From Promethearchaeota archaeon (lineage in GTDB: Archaea > Asgardarchaeota > Lokiarchaeia > Sigyniarchaeales > SOKP01): 16,550 nucleotides of DNA. Below are positions 1 to 7,998 of this stretch, piece after piece (positions within the stretch are counted from its first letter, which is position 1; each line of letters starts with the position of its first letter). A program made the translations under genes and the position numbers. The stretch covers positions 1 through 16,550 of the forward strand of contig RDOE01000072.1 of the NCBI GenBank assembly GCA_011364975.1. Direction: 5' to 3'. Under the pieces are notes generated by a model. The model was not told the DNA's origin and made no database searches. It was given only the letters and a program-made list of their open reading frames with translations.

Positions 1-2
1 AT

Positions 3-908
3 AAATATTTTTTCAGATGGATGCCTATTAACTCGACTGCTTTAGGAGGAGAAATCTTAACTACTTTAGCTGGTTATATTATGCTCCTAAATGCTACCTA
101 TCCGAATCATGAAGTTAGACAAGTTGGTATTCTAGCAGAAGATTTAACATGGACTGCTAGTGTAATAGCCGCTGTACAAAATTATATACCTGTGTTCACA
201 GGTGGTTGGGCGCAAGTGTTAACACCAATAAAGTATGACATTACCCTTAGTGCCTCTGATATGAATACTCACTTACAAACTCTACAAAGTCAAGGGTGTG
301 ACTTTTTAGTTCCCGTAATTTCAGCACAAGGTGGAATTTTAATGATGCAGCAATATAAACAATATAACTATACATATCAGATATTTGGGATTGACGTTCA
401 GTCTCAATTAGACACATTTTGGGGAGATAGCGATGAATCTTGTGCCTACGAAACTGTAATGCAAACCCTACACAGGACGAATAAAACAGTGAATTCTATT
501 GCGTTTTGGGATGCTTTTAGAACACAATTTGGGCATGACCCGCTTTATATCGCTTGTGGGGCTTACGATGCCGTAGTTGGAATTTATGATGCAATTAATG
601 CAACTCAATCATTTGTTGCAACTGATATTATTACTGAATTTGAATCTTGGACTAAAGCAAATCCTAATGTTGGTGTTAGCGGAGGTGGTGCTTGGTGGCC
701 TACTTATCATGAACTGGTTGAAGGATATCCTTATGGATACACCTTATGGTGTCAGTGGCAACCGGATGGTACGAAAGTGGTAATTCCCGCCCCAAGATGG
801 GCGTATGTTGCACCTTATGGAGCCATACCTATCCCTCCCCTATATCCCAACTGGATGGCAACGGGTACGTATAAAATTGCTCCTTGGGTTCATGCTGATT
901 GGTCTTAA
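3..908 (+). CDS. LIV/HAAT-family ABC transporter substrate-binding protein (periplasmic binding protein type 1), 5'-truncated by the window edge
   Basis: Frame is open from base 3 (KYFFRW-MPINS), so ATG 21 is internal. YFFR is typical of LivK-like proteins, and FGHDP..IACGAYDAV matches the C-terminal 'YDAV' region. Lies directly upstream of livH/M/G/F-like genes. Confidence 0.85.
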   Translation, partial: KYFFRWMPINSTALGGEILTTLAGYIMLLNATYPNHEVRQVGILAEDLTWTASVIAAVQNYIPVFTGGWAQVLTPIKYDITLSASDMNTHLQTLQSQGCDFLVPVISAQGGILMMQQYKQYNYTYQIFGIDVQSQLDTFWGDSDESCAYETVMQTLHRTNKTVNSIAFWDAFRTQFGHDPLYIACGAYDAVVGIYDAINATQSFVATDIITEFESWTKANPNVGVSGGGAWWPTYHELVEGYPYGYTLWCQWQPDGTKVVIPAPRWAYVAPYGAIPIPPLYPNWMATGTYKIAPWVHADWS

Positions 909-924
909 ATTAAATTTTAAAAAA

Positions 925-941
925 TTTTTTTTTTTTATTTT
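925..941 (+). terminator. Oligo-T tract (T12 at 925-936), putative archaeal-type terminator after the binding-protein gene
   Basis: Twelve consecutive T starting 17 nt after the stop codon, with no GC-rich hairpin. Confidence 0.55.
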
Positions 942-1027
942 AAATTAAAACATATTTGAATTAAATAAAATACTAAATAATCGAGTTATTTTTAGATAAA
1001 CTTGTCAATGCCACTAAAAATGATCAA

Positions 1028-1037
1028 TTTTATAAAA
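1028..1037 (+). promoter_or_regulatory. Candidate TATA box (TTTTATAAAA) upstream of the permease genes
   Basis: Matches archaeal TTTAWAWA consensus about 55 nt upstream of ATG 1092 and is a perfect 10-bp palindrome. The AT-rich background weakens the call. Confidence 0.3.
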
Positions 1038-1091
1038 CATGAAATAGAAATATAATTAAATTTATTGAGATCAAATATTAGATGAGATATT

Positions 1092-1973
1092 ATGGCGGGA
1101 GAACTTATTAATATGTTATTTAATGGCACTTTAAATGGTGCGGTACTGTCTCTAATAGCTCTAGGATACTCTTTAATTTATGGAGTAGGAGGTATAATGA
1201 ATTTAGCTCATGGAGCATTTTTTATGTTGGGGGGATATTTCCTTTTATGGGGGTTGAGTTTTTTGCCTGGTTTATTATTTATTAATGTTCTTCTTGCTGT
1301 GATTATCGTCACGATATTAGGCGGTATCTCTTACTTATTACTTATCAAACCGTTACAAGAATCTCACGTTGGTGTTGTACTAATTACTTTTGGTTTAGCA
1401 TTCGCAATTGAACAAATAGTTATGATAATTTCGGGTACTACTTCTGCTGCAATTAGTCAGTATATGCTATTTCAAGGGTTTACTAATTTTCTAGGATTTC
1501 CGATGTTGAATCAATACATTTTTTTTATTCTTGCTTCATTGATTATCGTATCATTATTCGCATTATTTATTAGTAAATCAAAGTTAGGAAAGTCTATTCG
1601 TGCTGTGTCTCAGGATCGTGAAGCAGCATCTTTAATGGGTATTAATTCTAATAGAATACTTTTATACACAGTTATGATATCAGCATTCCTTGCCTCTATT
1701 TCTGCAGTTCTATATTTACCAGGAGCTGCTCTAAATGGTCCAAGTATGGGTTGGGAATATTTAACCAGTTCATTTGCAGTGGTTATCTTAGGAGGAATGG
1801 GCAGTCTTGTGGGAAGTATTGTAGGTGCCTATATTGTGGGATTTATAACTAGTTTTACTAATGTATTTATCCCTAATGGCCCTTCCTGGGCGCACATTAT
1901 TCCAATCATAGTTATAGTTGTAGTGCTTTTAATTCGACCGCGAGGATTATTTGGTAAAAAGGAATTAAAATAA
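1092..1973 (+). CDS. livH: Branched-chain amino acid-type ABC transporter permease, LivH-like
   Basis: NG...G...L.ALGYSLIYGVGGIMNLAHG N-terminal signature, KLGKSIRAVSQDREAASLMGIN loop, VVILGGMGSLVG motif, multiple TM segments. Confidence 0.93.
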   Translation: MAGELINMLFNGTLNGAVLSLIALGYSLIYGVGGIMNLAHGAFFMLGGYFLLWGLSFLPGLLFINVLLAVIIVTILGGISYLLLIKPLQESHVGVVLITFGLAFAIEQIVMIISGTTSAAISQYMLFQGFTNFLGFPMLNQYIFFILASLIIVSLFALFISKSKLGKSIRAVSQDREAASLMGINSNRILLYTVMISAFLASISAVLYLPGAALNGPSMGWEYLTSSFAVVILGGMGSLVGSIVGAYIVGFITSFTNVFIPNGPSWAHIIPIIVIVVVLLIRPRGLFGKKELK

Positions 1974-2008
1974 TTTTTGAGGAAAAAATAAAATCGAGGA
2001 AATTTAAA

Positions 2009-3031
2009 ATGTCAAAAGTAAACAATATGACCGATTATATAAAATCATGGGCTAAAACGTTTAGCGGAAGTTTAACTATATTTTTTTTAGTTATTCTCAC
2101 AATATTTCCTTTTCTCTCTCAAAATGAGAATTTTATCTTTTTTTTCTTACGTCATTTTACACTTGCCATGATTTTTTCAATTTTTGCAGCGAGTTGGGAT
2201 TTTCTTACTGGAATTTCAGGGCAAATTAGTTTTGGGCATGCTATTTTTTTTGGTATTGGCGGTTATTTATGTGCTTACCTTATTGCTTTTCAAGGTTTTC
2301 CAATATGGGTAGCAATTCCTACTGGGGCCTTAGGTGCAGTAGCTTTTGGTTTAATCATTGGAATCCCATGTTTAAGGTTAAGGGGACCATACTTAGCATT
2401 AGGAACGCTTGCGTTTAGTTTGATTTTATTAAAGATATTTTTATTAGGATCACTCTCTCATATTTTTTTTGGATCTGAAGGGATATCCTATAATAGCGGA
2501 CCCTTTCCTCTAACGAGAATATCCTCAAATCCTTTAATAGAATATTTTATAGTTTTTATTACTATGATAATATCGTTTATTATTATATTTCAGATTGTTA
2601 AATCAAAATTTGGAACAATTTTAAAATCGATTCGGGATGATGAGACAGGGGCAGATGCTTCAGGAATCAATACAACAAGATACAAAGTGTATGCATTTAT
2701 GATTAGTTCTTTATTTGCAGGAATAGCTGGTAGTTTTTATGCTTTATTTAATACTGCGGTAAACCCTAGTGGTAATTTGGGAACTGTGATATCATTTTTT
2801 GCTATTCTTATGGCATCATTAGGCGGATTAACAACCATATCGGGTTCCTCTTTGGGAGCATTTTTCTTCATTTTCCTTGAGTTTATTCTTATTGAAATTG
2901 GTGCTAGTCTTTATGTACAATTAATTTTCGCCATTACTTTAATCATTGTTGTCCGATTTGCAGAGCATGGCATTTTAAAACCAGTTGTAGAACGTTTAAA
3001 AGATGTATGGGATGTATTATTAGGAAGATAA
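2009..3031 (+). CDS. livM: Branched-chain amino acid-type ABC transporter permease, LivM-like
   Basis: GQISFGHAIFFGIGGY, LRLRGPYLALGTLAF and SIRDDETGADASGIN motifs. GAGGA upstream of the ATG. Confidence 0.93.
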   Translation: MSKVNNMTDYIKSWAKTFSGSLTIFFLVILTIFPFLSQNENFIFFFLRHFTLAMIFSIFAASWDFLTGISGQISFGHAIFFGIGGYLCAYLIAFQGFPIWVAIPTGALGAVAFGLIIGIPCLRLRGPYLALGTLAFSLILLKIFLLGSLSHIFFGSEGISYNSGPFPLTRISSNPLIEYFIVFITMIISFIIIFQIVKSKFGTILKSIRDDETGADASGINTTRYKVYAFMISSLFAGIAGSFYALFNTAVNPSGNLGTVISFFAILMASLGGLTTISGSSLGAFFFIFLEFILIEIGASLYVQLIFAITLIIVVRFAEHGILKPVVERLKDVWDVLLGR

Positions 3032-3073
3032 AATATAATTGAAATTAAATTCTAATTTAAAAGGAGTTATAGA

Positions 3074-3814
3074 ATGGGAATTATTTTAGAGGTAAAAAAC
3101 CTTACAAAAAAATTTGGTGGATTAACTGCTGTAAATGATTTTAGTTTTGAGATTAAACGTGGAGATTTTGTGGGATTAATTGGTCCAAATGGTGCTGGTA
3201 AGACCACAGTATTCAATTTAATTAGCGGATTTGAAAGACCCAGTTCGGGAAAAATTAGATTCGCTGGAATTGATATTACTGGAATGAGACCTTATAAAAT
3301 TGTAAATTTAGGGATAGCACGAACTTTTCAATTAGTAAGATCGTTTAAATTCTTAACTTTACTTGATAATGTTACAGTACCCTGTCTGTCAAATAGAGGA
3401 AGGCAGGTTTCAAAAAAGTTAGGTGCTGAGGAATATGCAAGTACAATTCTTGCTTCAGTAGGTCTTGTGGATAAGGCTAGAATTCCACCAGTTATTTTAC
3501 CTCATGGAGATTTAAGAAAATTACAAATAGCAAAAGCAATTGGAACTAATCCAGAGTTACTTCTTTTAGATGAACCATATAGCGGGCTTTCGCATGAAGA
3601 AAGCGAAGTATTAACAGAATTAATTAAAAAGTTACATGATGACGGTGTTACCATCTTTATGACCGGACACGTCCTTCGGGAACTTATGACATTAGTACCA
3701 AGAGTAATTGCTATGCATCAAGGTAAATTTATTGCTGATGGCCCTCCCAAGGAGGTTGCCAATAATAAAATTTTACTTGAAGCCTATTTAGGGAGAGGTG
3801 GAGAATTTGCTTGA
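3074..3814 (+). CDS. livG: ABC transporter ATP-binding protein, LivG-like
   Basis: KKFGGLTAV start, Walker A GPNGAGKT, Q-loop GIARTFQ, Walker B LLLLDEP, C-terminal EAYLG. AAGGAG RBS at 3061-3066. Confidence 0.93.
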   Translation: MGIILEVKNLTKKFGGLTAVNDFSFEIKRGDFVGLIGPNGAGKTTVFNLISGFERPSSGKIRFAGIDITGMRPYKIVNLGIARTFQLVRSFKFLTLLDNVTVPCLSNRGRQVSKKLGAEEYASTILASVGLVDKARIPPVILPHGDLRKLQIAKAIGTNPELLLLDEPYSGLSHEESEVLTELIKKLHDDGVTIFMTGHVLRELMTLVPRVIAMHQGKFIADGPPKEVANNKILLEAYLGRGGEFA

Positions 3815-4511
3815 AATAAAAAAAATATATCATTATTATGGAAAAGCAAGAGCTCTTGAAGAAATAAATTTGAGCTTAAAAGAGAAGACTCTTGAGACGG
3901 TTATTGGACCCAATGGTGCTGGAAAATCTACGCTTCTTAGGGTAATATCAGGTTTAGAGGAACCTGATAGAGGAAAAATTGAATTTCAGGGTGAGAGAAT
4001 TGATTCATTAAAACCTCACCGAATAGCTAGAAAAGGAATTTCTCATTGCCCAGAACGACGAAGGTTATTTTATGACATGACAGTATCTGAAAATTTAGAT
4101 ATGGGTTCTTATAAGGTAAAAGATCGCAGTAAAGCTCGAGAATTAAGAGAATTTGTATTCGAGATCTTCCCGCGTCTAAAGGAAAGAAAGAATCAACGAG
4201 CTGGAACCTTAAGCGGTGGTGAGCAACAGATGCTTGCTATTGGGCGTTCACTTATGTCTAATCCTAAACTTCTTTTAATGGATGAACCTTCACTGGGGTT
4301 AGCTCCAAAAATAAAAAATGTAATATTTGAGGCAATTGAAAAGATAAAAGAGGAGGGTACTACCACTTTATTGGTAGAACAAGACGCAGTATTAGCCATG
4401 AACGTTTCTGAATACATCCATGTACTTGAGGAAGGAAAAATTGAAATGAGAGGTACCAAAGAAGAATTAGAAAAAGAACCTAGAATCAAAGAGGTTTATT
4501 TAGGAATATAA
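3807..4511 (+). CDS. livF: ABC transporter ATP-binding protein, LivF-like (probable TTG start at 3807; ORF track gives GTG 3798)
   Basis: Walker A GPNGAGKS, signature AGTLSGGEQQMLAIGR, LLMDEPSLGLAP, LLVEQ, C-terminal YLG. GAGGTG at 3795-3800 lies 6 nt before TTG 3807, giving MLEIKK, and the start overlaps the livG stop. Confidence 0.92.
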   Translation: MLEIKKIYHYYGKARALEEINLSLKEKTLETVIGPNGAGKSTLLRVISGLEEPDRGKIEFQGERIDSLKPHRIARKGISHCPERRRLFYDMTVSENLDMGSYKVKDRSKARELREFVFEIFPRLKERKNQRAGTLSGGEQQMLAIGRSLMSNPKLLLMDEPSLGLAPKIKNVIFEAIEKIKEEGTTTLLVEQDAVLAMNVSEYIHVLEEGKIEMRGTKEELEKEPRIKEVYLGI

Positions 4512-4516
4512 GGTGA
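4511..4516 (+). promoter_or_regulatory. Shine-Dalgarno motif AGGTGA for the HEAT-repeat gene, overlapping the livF stop
   Basis: TAAGGTGATAAAAATG: the motif is complementary to the 16S 3' region commonly used in archaea and sits 5 nt before ATG 4522. Confidence 0.65.
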
Positions 4517-4521
4517 TAAAA

Positions 4522-5946
4522 ATGTCAGCTCCCTTAGAGAAATTATTAAGAGATGCTAGAATAGATCTGATTTTATCTAGGATCGAGAAAGATGAATCAG
4601 TTATAGATGAATTGATTAATTATCTTGATAGTGATAGTAGATCAATTAAATTTAATTCAATTCATGCTTTAGGATTGCTTGGTCAAAAATCTATAAATGG
4701 TGTCTCAAAAGTTATTAATTGCTTGGAAGATATAGATTGGAGTATTTGTCGAGAAGCTGCTCGAACATTAGGAAATATTGGTACTAGCGCTAAAGAAGCA
4801 GTATCAAAATTATCTTTTTTATTAGATGATAAAGAAGCGTCAATCAGAAAAGAAGCTGCAATCGCTCTTGGTAAGATTAAAAATCCAACACCAGAATCTA
4901 TTTTATCTCTAATTAAAGCATTAGATGATGATGATGGGGAAGTTAGAACAGAAGCCGTAAAAGCATTGGGAGAAATTGGATCAGATGCATCTGAAGCCAT
5001 ACCTCACTTAATGAAATCTCTTAAAGATATAAATTGGACTGTGAGAACTGCTTCAGCCCAATCCATTAGTCAAATTGGAAAAGGATCAATAAAAGCAATT
5101 CCTGATTTACTGAAAGCTCTTGAGGACGACGACTGGAGAGTACGGTTTAGAGTTGTAAATACTCTTGTTGAAATAGGTGAACCAGTAATCCCACACCTTA
5201 CAGAGATTTTAGATAGTAAAAAAGTAATTGTTAAAAAAGAGGTAGTTGAAACATTAGGGGAAATGAAAATCTCCAATGAAACTTTAATTGATAAAATGTC
5301 AAAATTATTATTTGATAGACATGAATCTGTTAGAGGAAAAACTGCGGATGCTCTTAGAAGTATAGGTAAACATGCTATACCTGCATTATTAAAAGCATAT
5401 GAAAAATCCAAAACAAAAATGAAAATAATTATTCTTTCTGCCTTAGGCGGTATCGGAACTGAAGCTAAAGAAGCCCTACCTATGATTATTAATATTTTAA
5501 CAACACGAGAGCAAGAAATAGAATATATCCCCTCTTTTACTACTAAATTAAGAAGAGCAATATTAACTTTTTTAAAGGATCCATTTAAAAAGCGAGCTTC
5601 TGTAAGAGTAGAAGCAGCTAGGGCATTAGGAAGAATCGGAGTAGACTCAGAATATGCTCTTCATGCTCTTGAAACTGCTTTAAATGATACTAAAGGAAAT
5701 GTACGACGTGAAGCCGCACTTGCTATTGGAAAGTTAGGATTAATAGCCGAAGCAGCAATTCCTTCACTAATAAAAGCACTTAAAGATGAAAACCGTGACG
5801 TTAGATGGAGATCTTCCGAAGCACTAGGAATTATTGGAGTAAATACAGAAGCTGTTATTTCAAATTTAAATAATTTAATTCATGATAAATGTGATTATGT
5901 TTGTGAATCGGCGATTCTTGCAATTGATAATCTAACAGAACAATAA
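4522..5946 (+). CDS. HEAT repeat (HEAT_2/PBS lyase-like) alpha-solenoid protein, about 13 repeats (probable ATG start at 4522; ORF track gives GTG 4513)
   Basis: Repeating unit of about 29-33 aa, AIPxLxxxLxDxxxxVRxxAAxALGxIG, spanning almost the whole protein. No other domain, signal peptide or TM helix is visible. Confidence 0.92.
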   Translation: MSAPLEKLLRDARIDLILSRIEKDESVIDELINYLDSDSRSIKFNSIHALGLLGQKSINGVSKVINCLEDIDWSICREAARTLGNIGTSAKEAVSKLSFLLDDKEASIRKEAAIALGKIKNPTPESILSLIKALDDDDGEVRTEAVKALGEIGSDASEAIPHLMKSLKDINWTVRTASAQSISQIGKGSIKAIPDLLKALEDDDWRVRFRVVNTLVEIGEPVIPHLTEILDSKKVIVKKEVVETLGEMKISNETLIDKMSKLLFDRHESVRGKTADALRSIGKHAIPALLKAYEKSKTKMKIIILSALGGIGTEAKEALPMIINILTTREQEIEYIPSFTTKLRRAILTFLKDPFKKRASVRVEAARALGRIGVDSEYALHALETALNDTKGNVRREAALAIGKLGLIAEAAIPSLIKALKDENRDVRWRSSEALGIIGVNTEAVISNLNNLIHDKCDYVCESAILAIDNLTEQ

Positions 5947-6015
5947 TAAAAATATTATTAAGAAATCCTTATTTTTTTAAAAATAATTAAAATTACAAAA
6001 AAAGGTATTAATTAA

Positions 6016-7701
6016 ATGAGTGAAGATCCGTATGCAGAAAAAATTTGGACTAAAAATTATGATGAAAACGTTCCTAGTTCTATTAATTATCCGAAAATAA
6101 ATGTTTATGAATTTCTTGATAATTCAGCAAAAGATTTTGGAAGTCGAACTGCGGTTTGGTTTATGAAAAATAAAATATCTTATAAAAGTTTAAAGGATAT
6201 CGCAGATCGATTAGCCACTGCTTTGGTTGAATTAGGTCTCAAAAGAGGGGATGTAGTTGCTATAATGATCCCAAATTTTCCCCAGTTTATTATGAGTTAT
6301 TATGGAATTTTAAAAGCAGGTGGGATTGTAACTGCTTGTTCAGTTTTACACACAGAACATGAGCTTGCTTATCAATTGAATGACTGTGGAGCGGAAATCA
6401 TTATCGCATGGGATAATCAAATTGAAAAAATTAATAAAATAAAAGACCGAACCCGTCTAAGACATATAATCATAACTAATGTATTTGACTACACCCCTAT
6501 GGCTCCAAGAAATCCAGCAGAAATCTCAGGAACTATGCAATTTATTAATTTGATCAATAAAACAAAGCCAAATCCACCCAAATTTCAAATAAATGCAGAT
6601 GAAGATTTAGTATGCCTTCAATATACTGGAGGTACGACCGGATTACCTAAGGGTGCGATGCTAACTCATCGTAATATTGTATCAAATTGTGTATCCGTAG
6701 CGACATGGGCAGGTGATAATTTTAGAAGAGGCAAAGAAACCATTCTAACGAATTTACCCCTATTTCATATTTATGGCCAAACGGTATGTATGAATTTACA
6801 TATTTACATGGCCTCTACTATAGCTTTGAATCCTGATCCTCGAGATCAGAAATCCTTATTCGAAATAATAAAATCCACACAACCTTCGATGTTTCCAGGG
6901 GTACCAACAATGTATATGCGCCTATTAGAAAGAGATGATCTCGAAGATTATGCTAAAGATTTAAAATCTATTAGGGTTTGTAATACCGGAGCTGCTCCAA
7001 TGCCGCCTGAAGTTCAGAAAGAATTTGAAGAGAGAACAGGTGGTATTATACTTGAGGGATATGGTTTAACAGAAACATCACCGGTTACACATAGTAATCC
7101 ATTTTCCGGTATTAGGAAAGTAGGTTCTGTCGGTATGCCTATTCCTGATACAGAAGTTAGAATTGTTGATATTGAAGATTACAGGAAAATATTACCTATA
7201 GGAGAAGCTGGAGAAATAATAATGAAAGGTCCTCAAATAATGAAAGGATATTGGAATAAACCAGAAGAAACAGAGAATCAATTAAAAGATGGTTGGTTAT
7301 TAACTGGAGATATTGGAAAAATGGATGAAGATGGATATTTCTATATTGTAGATAGAAAGAAAGATATGATAGATGTAAGTGGATTTAAAGTGTACCCAAG
7401 AGAAGTTGAGGATGTTTTATTCGAATATGAAATCGTTGAGAAAGCAGCCATTATAGGAGTTCCAGATCCTGAACTTCCTGGTAGTGAAAAAGTCAAGGCA
7501 TATGTTGTATTAAAAGACGGATATCAAGAGAATGATGAAACAAAGAATAAAATAAAAGATTTCCTACGACAAAATATAGCGCCCTATAAAGTACCAAAAT
7601 TCATTGAATTCAGGAAAGAACTCCCAGAAACCTTAGTAGGTAAAGTTCAGCGAAAAGATTTAAAAGAGATCGAAGCGAAAAGAAGAGGAGAGGAAGTGTA
7701 A
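6016..7701 (+). CDS. Long-chain-fatty-acid--CoA ligase / acyl-CoA synthetase (FadD/LcfA-like, ANL superfamily)
   Basis: AMP-binding motif LQYTGGTTGLPKG, LPLFHIYG, EGYGLTE, LLTGDIG, DRKKDMI.VSGFKVYPREVE, C-terminal LPETLVGKV (catalytic Lys region). Confidence 0.93.
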   Translation: MSEDPYAEKIWTKNYDENVPSSINYPKINVYEFLDNSAKDFGSRTAVWFMKNKISYKSLKDIADRLATALVELGLKRGDVVAIMIPNFPQFIMSYYGILKAGGIVTACSVLHTEHELAYQLNDCGAEIIIAWDNQIEKINKIKDRTRLRHIIITNVFDYTPMAPRNPAEISGTMQFINLINKTKPNPPKFQINADEDLVCLQYTGGTTGLPKGAMLTHRNIVSNCVSVATWAGDNFRRGKETILTNLPLFHIYGQTVCMNLHIYMASTIALNPDPRDQKSLFEIIKSTQPSMFPGVPTMYMRLLERDDLEDYAKDLKSIRVCNTGAAPMPPEVQKEFEERTGGIILEGYGLTETSPVTHSNPFSGIRKVGSVGMPIPDTEVRIVDIEDYRKILPIGEAGEIIMKGPQIMKGYWNKPEETENQLKDGWLLTGDIGKMDEDGYFYIVDRKKDMIDVSGFKVYPREVEDVLFEYEIVEKAAIIGVPDPELPGSEKVKAYVVLKDGYQENDETKNKIKDFLRQNIAPYKVPKFIEFRKELPETLVGKVQRKDLKEIEAKRRGEEV

Positions 7702-7707
7702 ATTCCA

Positions 7708-7742
7708 CTCTTTTTAAAATAGATTTTCTCTTTCATTATTTT
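7708..7742 (+). terminator. Pyrimidine/T-rich tract after the CoA ligase, possible terminator
   Basis: CTCTTTTT...TTTTCTCTTT...TTTT directly after the stop, followed by about 250 nt more of non-coding sequence. Confidence 0.3.
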
Positions 7743-7927
7743 ATTGAATCTTTAAATTCAAATTTTTTACTTAAAACTATATTAAAAACTTCGTTTTAAA
7801 AAGTATAAAGAAGGAAAAATAGCGCAATTAATCCATTTAGTATATTCTGAAAAGCATGCAATTATTTTTTTAATGATCTACTGTGTGATAAAGGACTTTA
7901 AAATCCATTGACGGAATTTTGGTAGAA

Positions 7928-7935
7928 TTTATAAT
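7928..7935 (+). promoter_or_regulatory. Candidate TATA box (TTTATAAT) with purine-rich upstream BRE-like bases for the GH20 gene
   Basis: GGTAGAA-TTTATAAT about 65 nt upstream of ATG 7999. Confidence 0.25.
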
Positions 7936-7998
7936 TGATTCATATTTGTTATGAAGATTAGCTAAACTTATTTTGCTTTATGAATTTAAAAATATAGT

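Noticed and set aside
577-783. 68-aa alternate-frame ORF inside the binding-protein gene
   Set aside because: Fully nested. Its Leu/Met-rich composition is the expected frameshifted read of a coding strand, and no RBS is evident.
3812-3814. TGA stop of livG as possible selenocysteine or readthrough
   Set aside because: It falls at the normal family C-terminus (just after EAYLG) and overlaps the livF start, so it is an ordinary stop.
4193-5411. Antisense ORFs 4193-4489, 4683-5000 and 5070-5411
   Set aside because: Shadows of livF and the HEAT gene, Ser/Phe/Ile-rich with no motifs.
5969-5986. Quasi-palindrome TTATTTTT-TT-AAAAATAA with a T7 run between the HEAT and ligase genes
   Set aside because: A/T-only and expected by chance at this composition. 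It could be a weak terminator but cannot be supported from sequence alone.
7218-7247. 12-bp direct repeat AATAATGAAAGG with 18-nt period
   Set aside because: Encodes IMKGPQIMKG, a normal conserved motif region of acyl-CoA synthetases. It is not an insertion scar or an array.
7702-7998. 297-nt intergenic region examined for tRNA, riboswitch, SECIS-like hairpin, CRISPR repeats or a small ORF
   Set aside because: No stable GC stem, cloverleaf or regularly spaced repeats seen by eye. An Infernal/Rfam scan would be needed to exclude an RNA formally.
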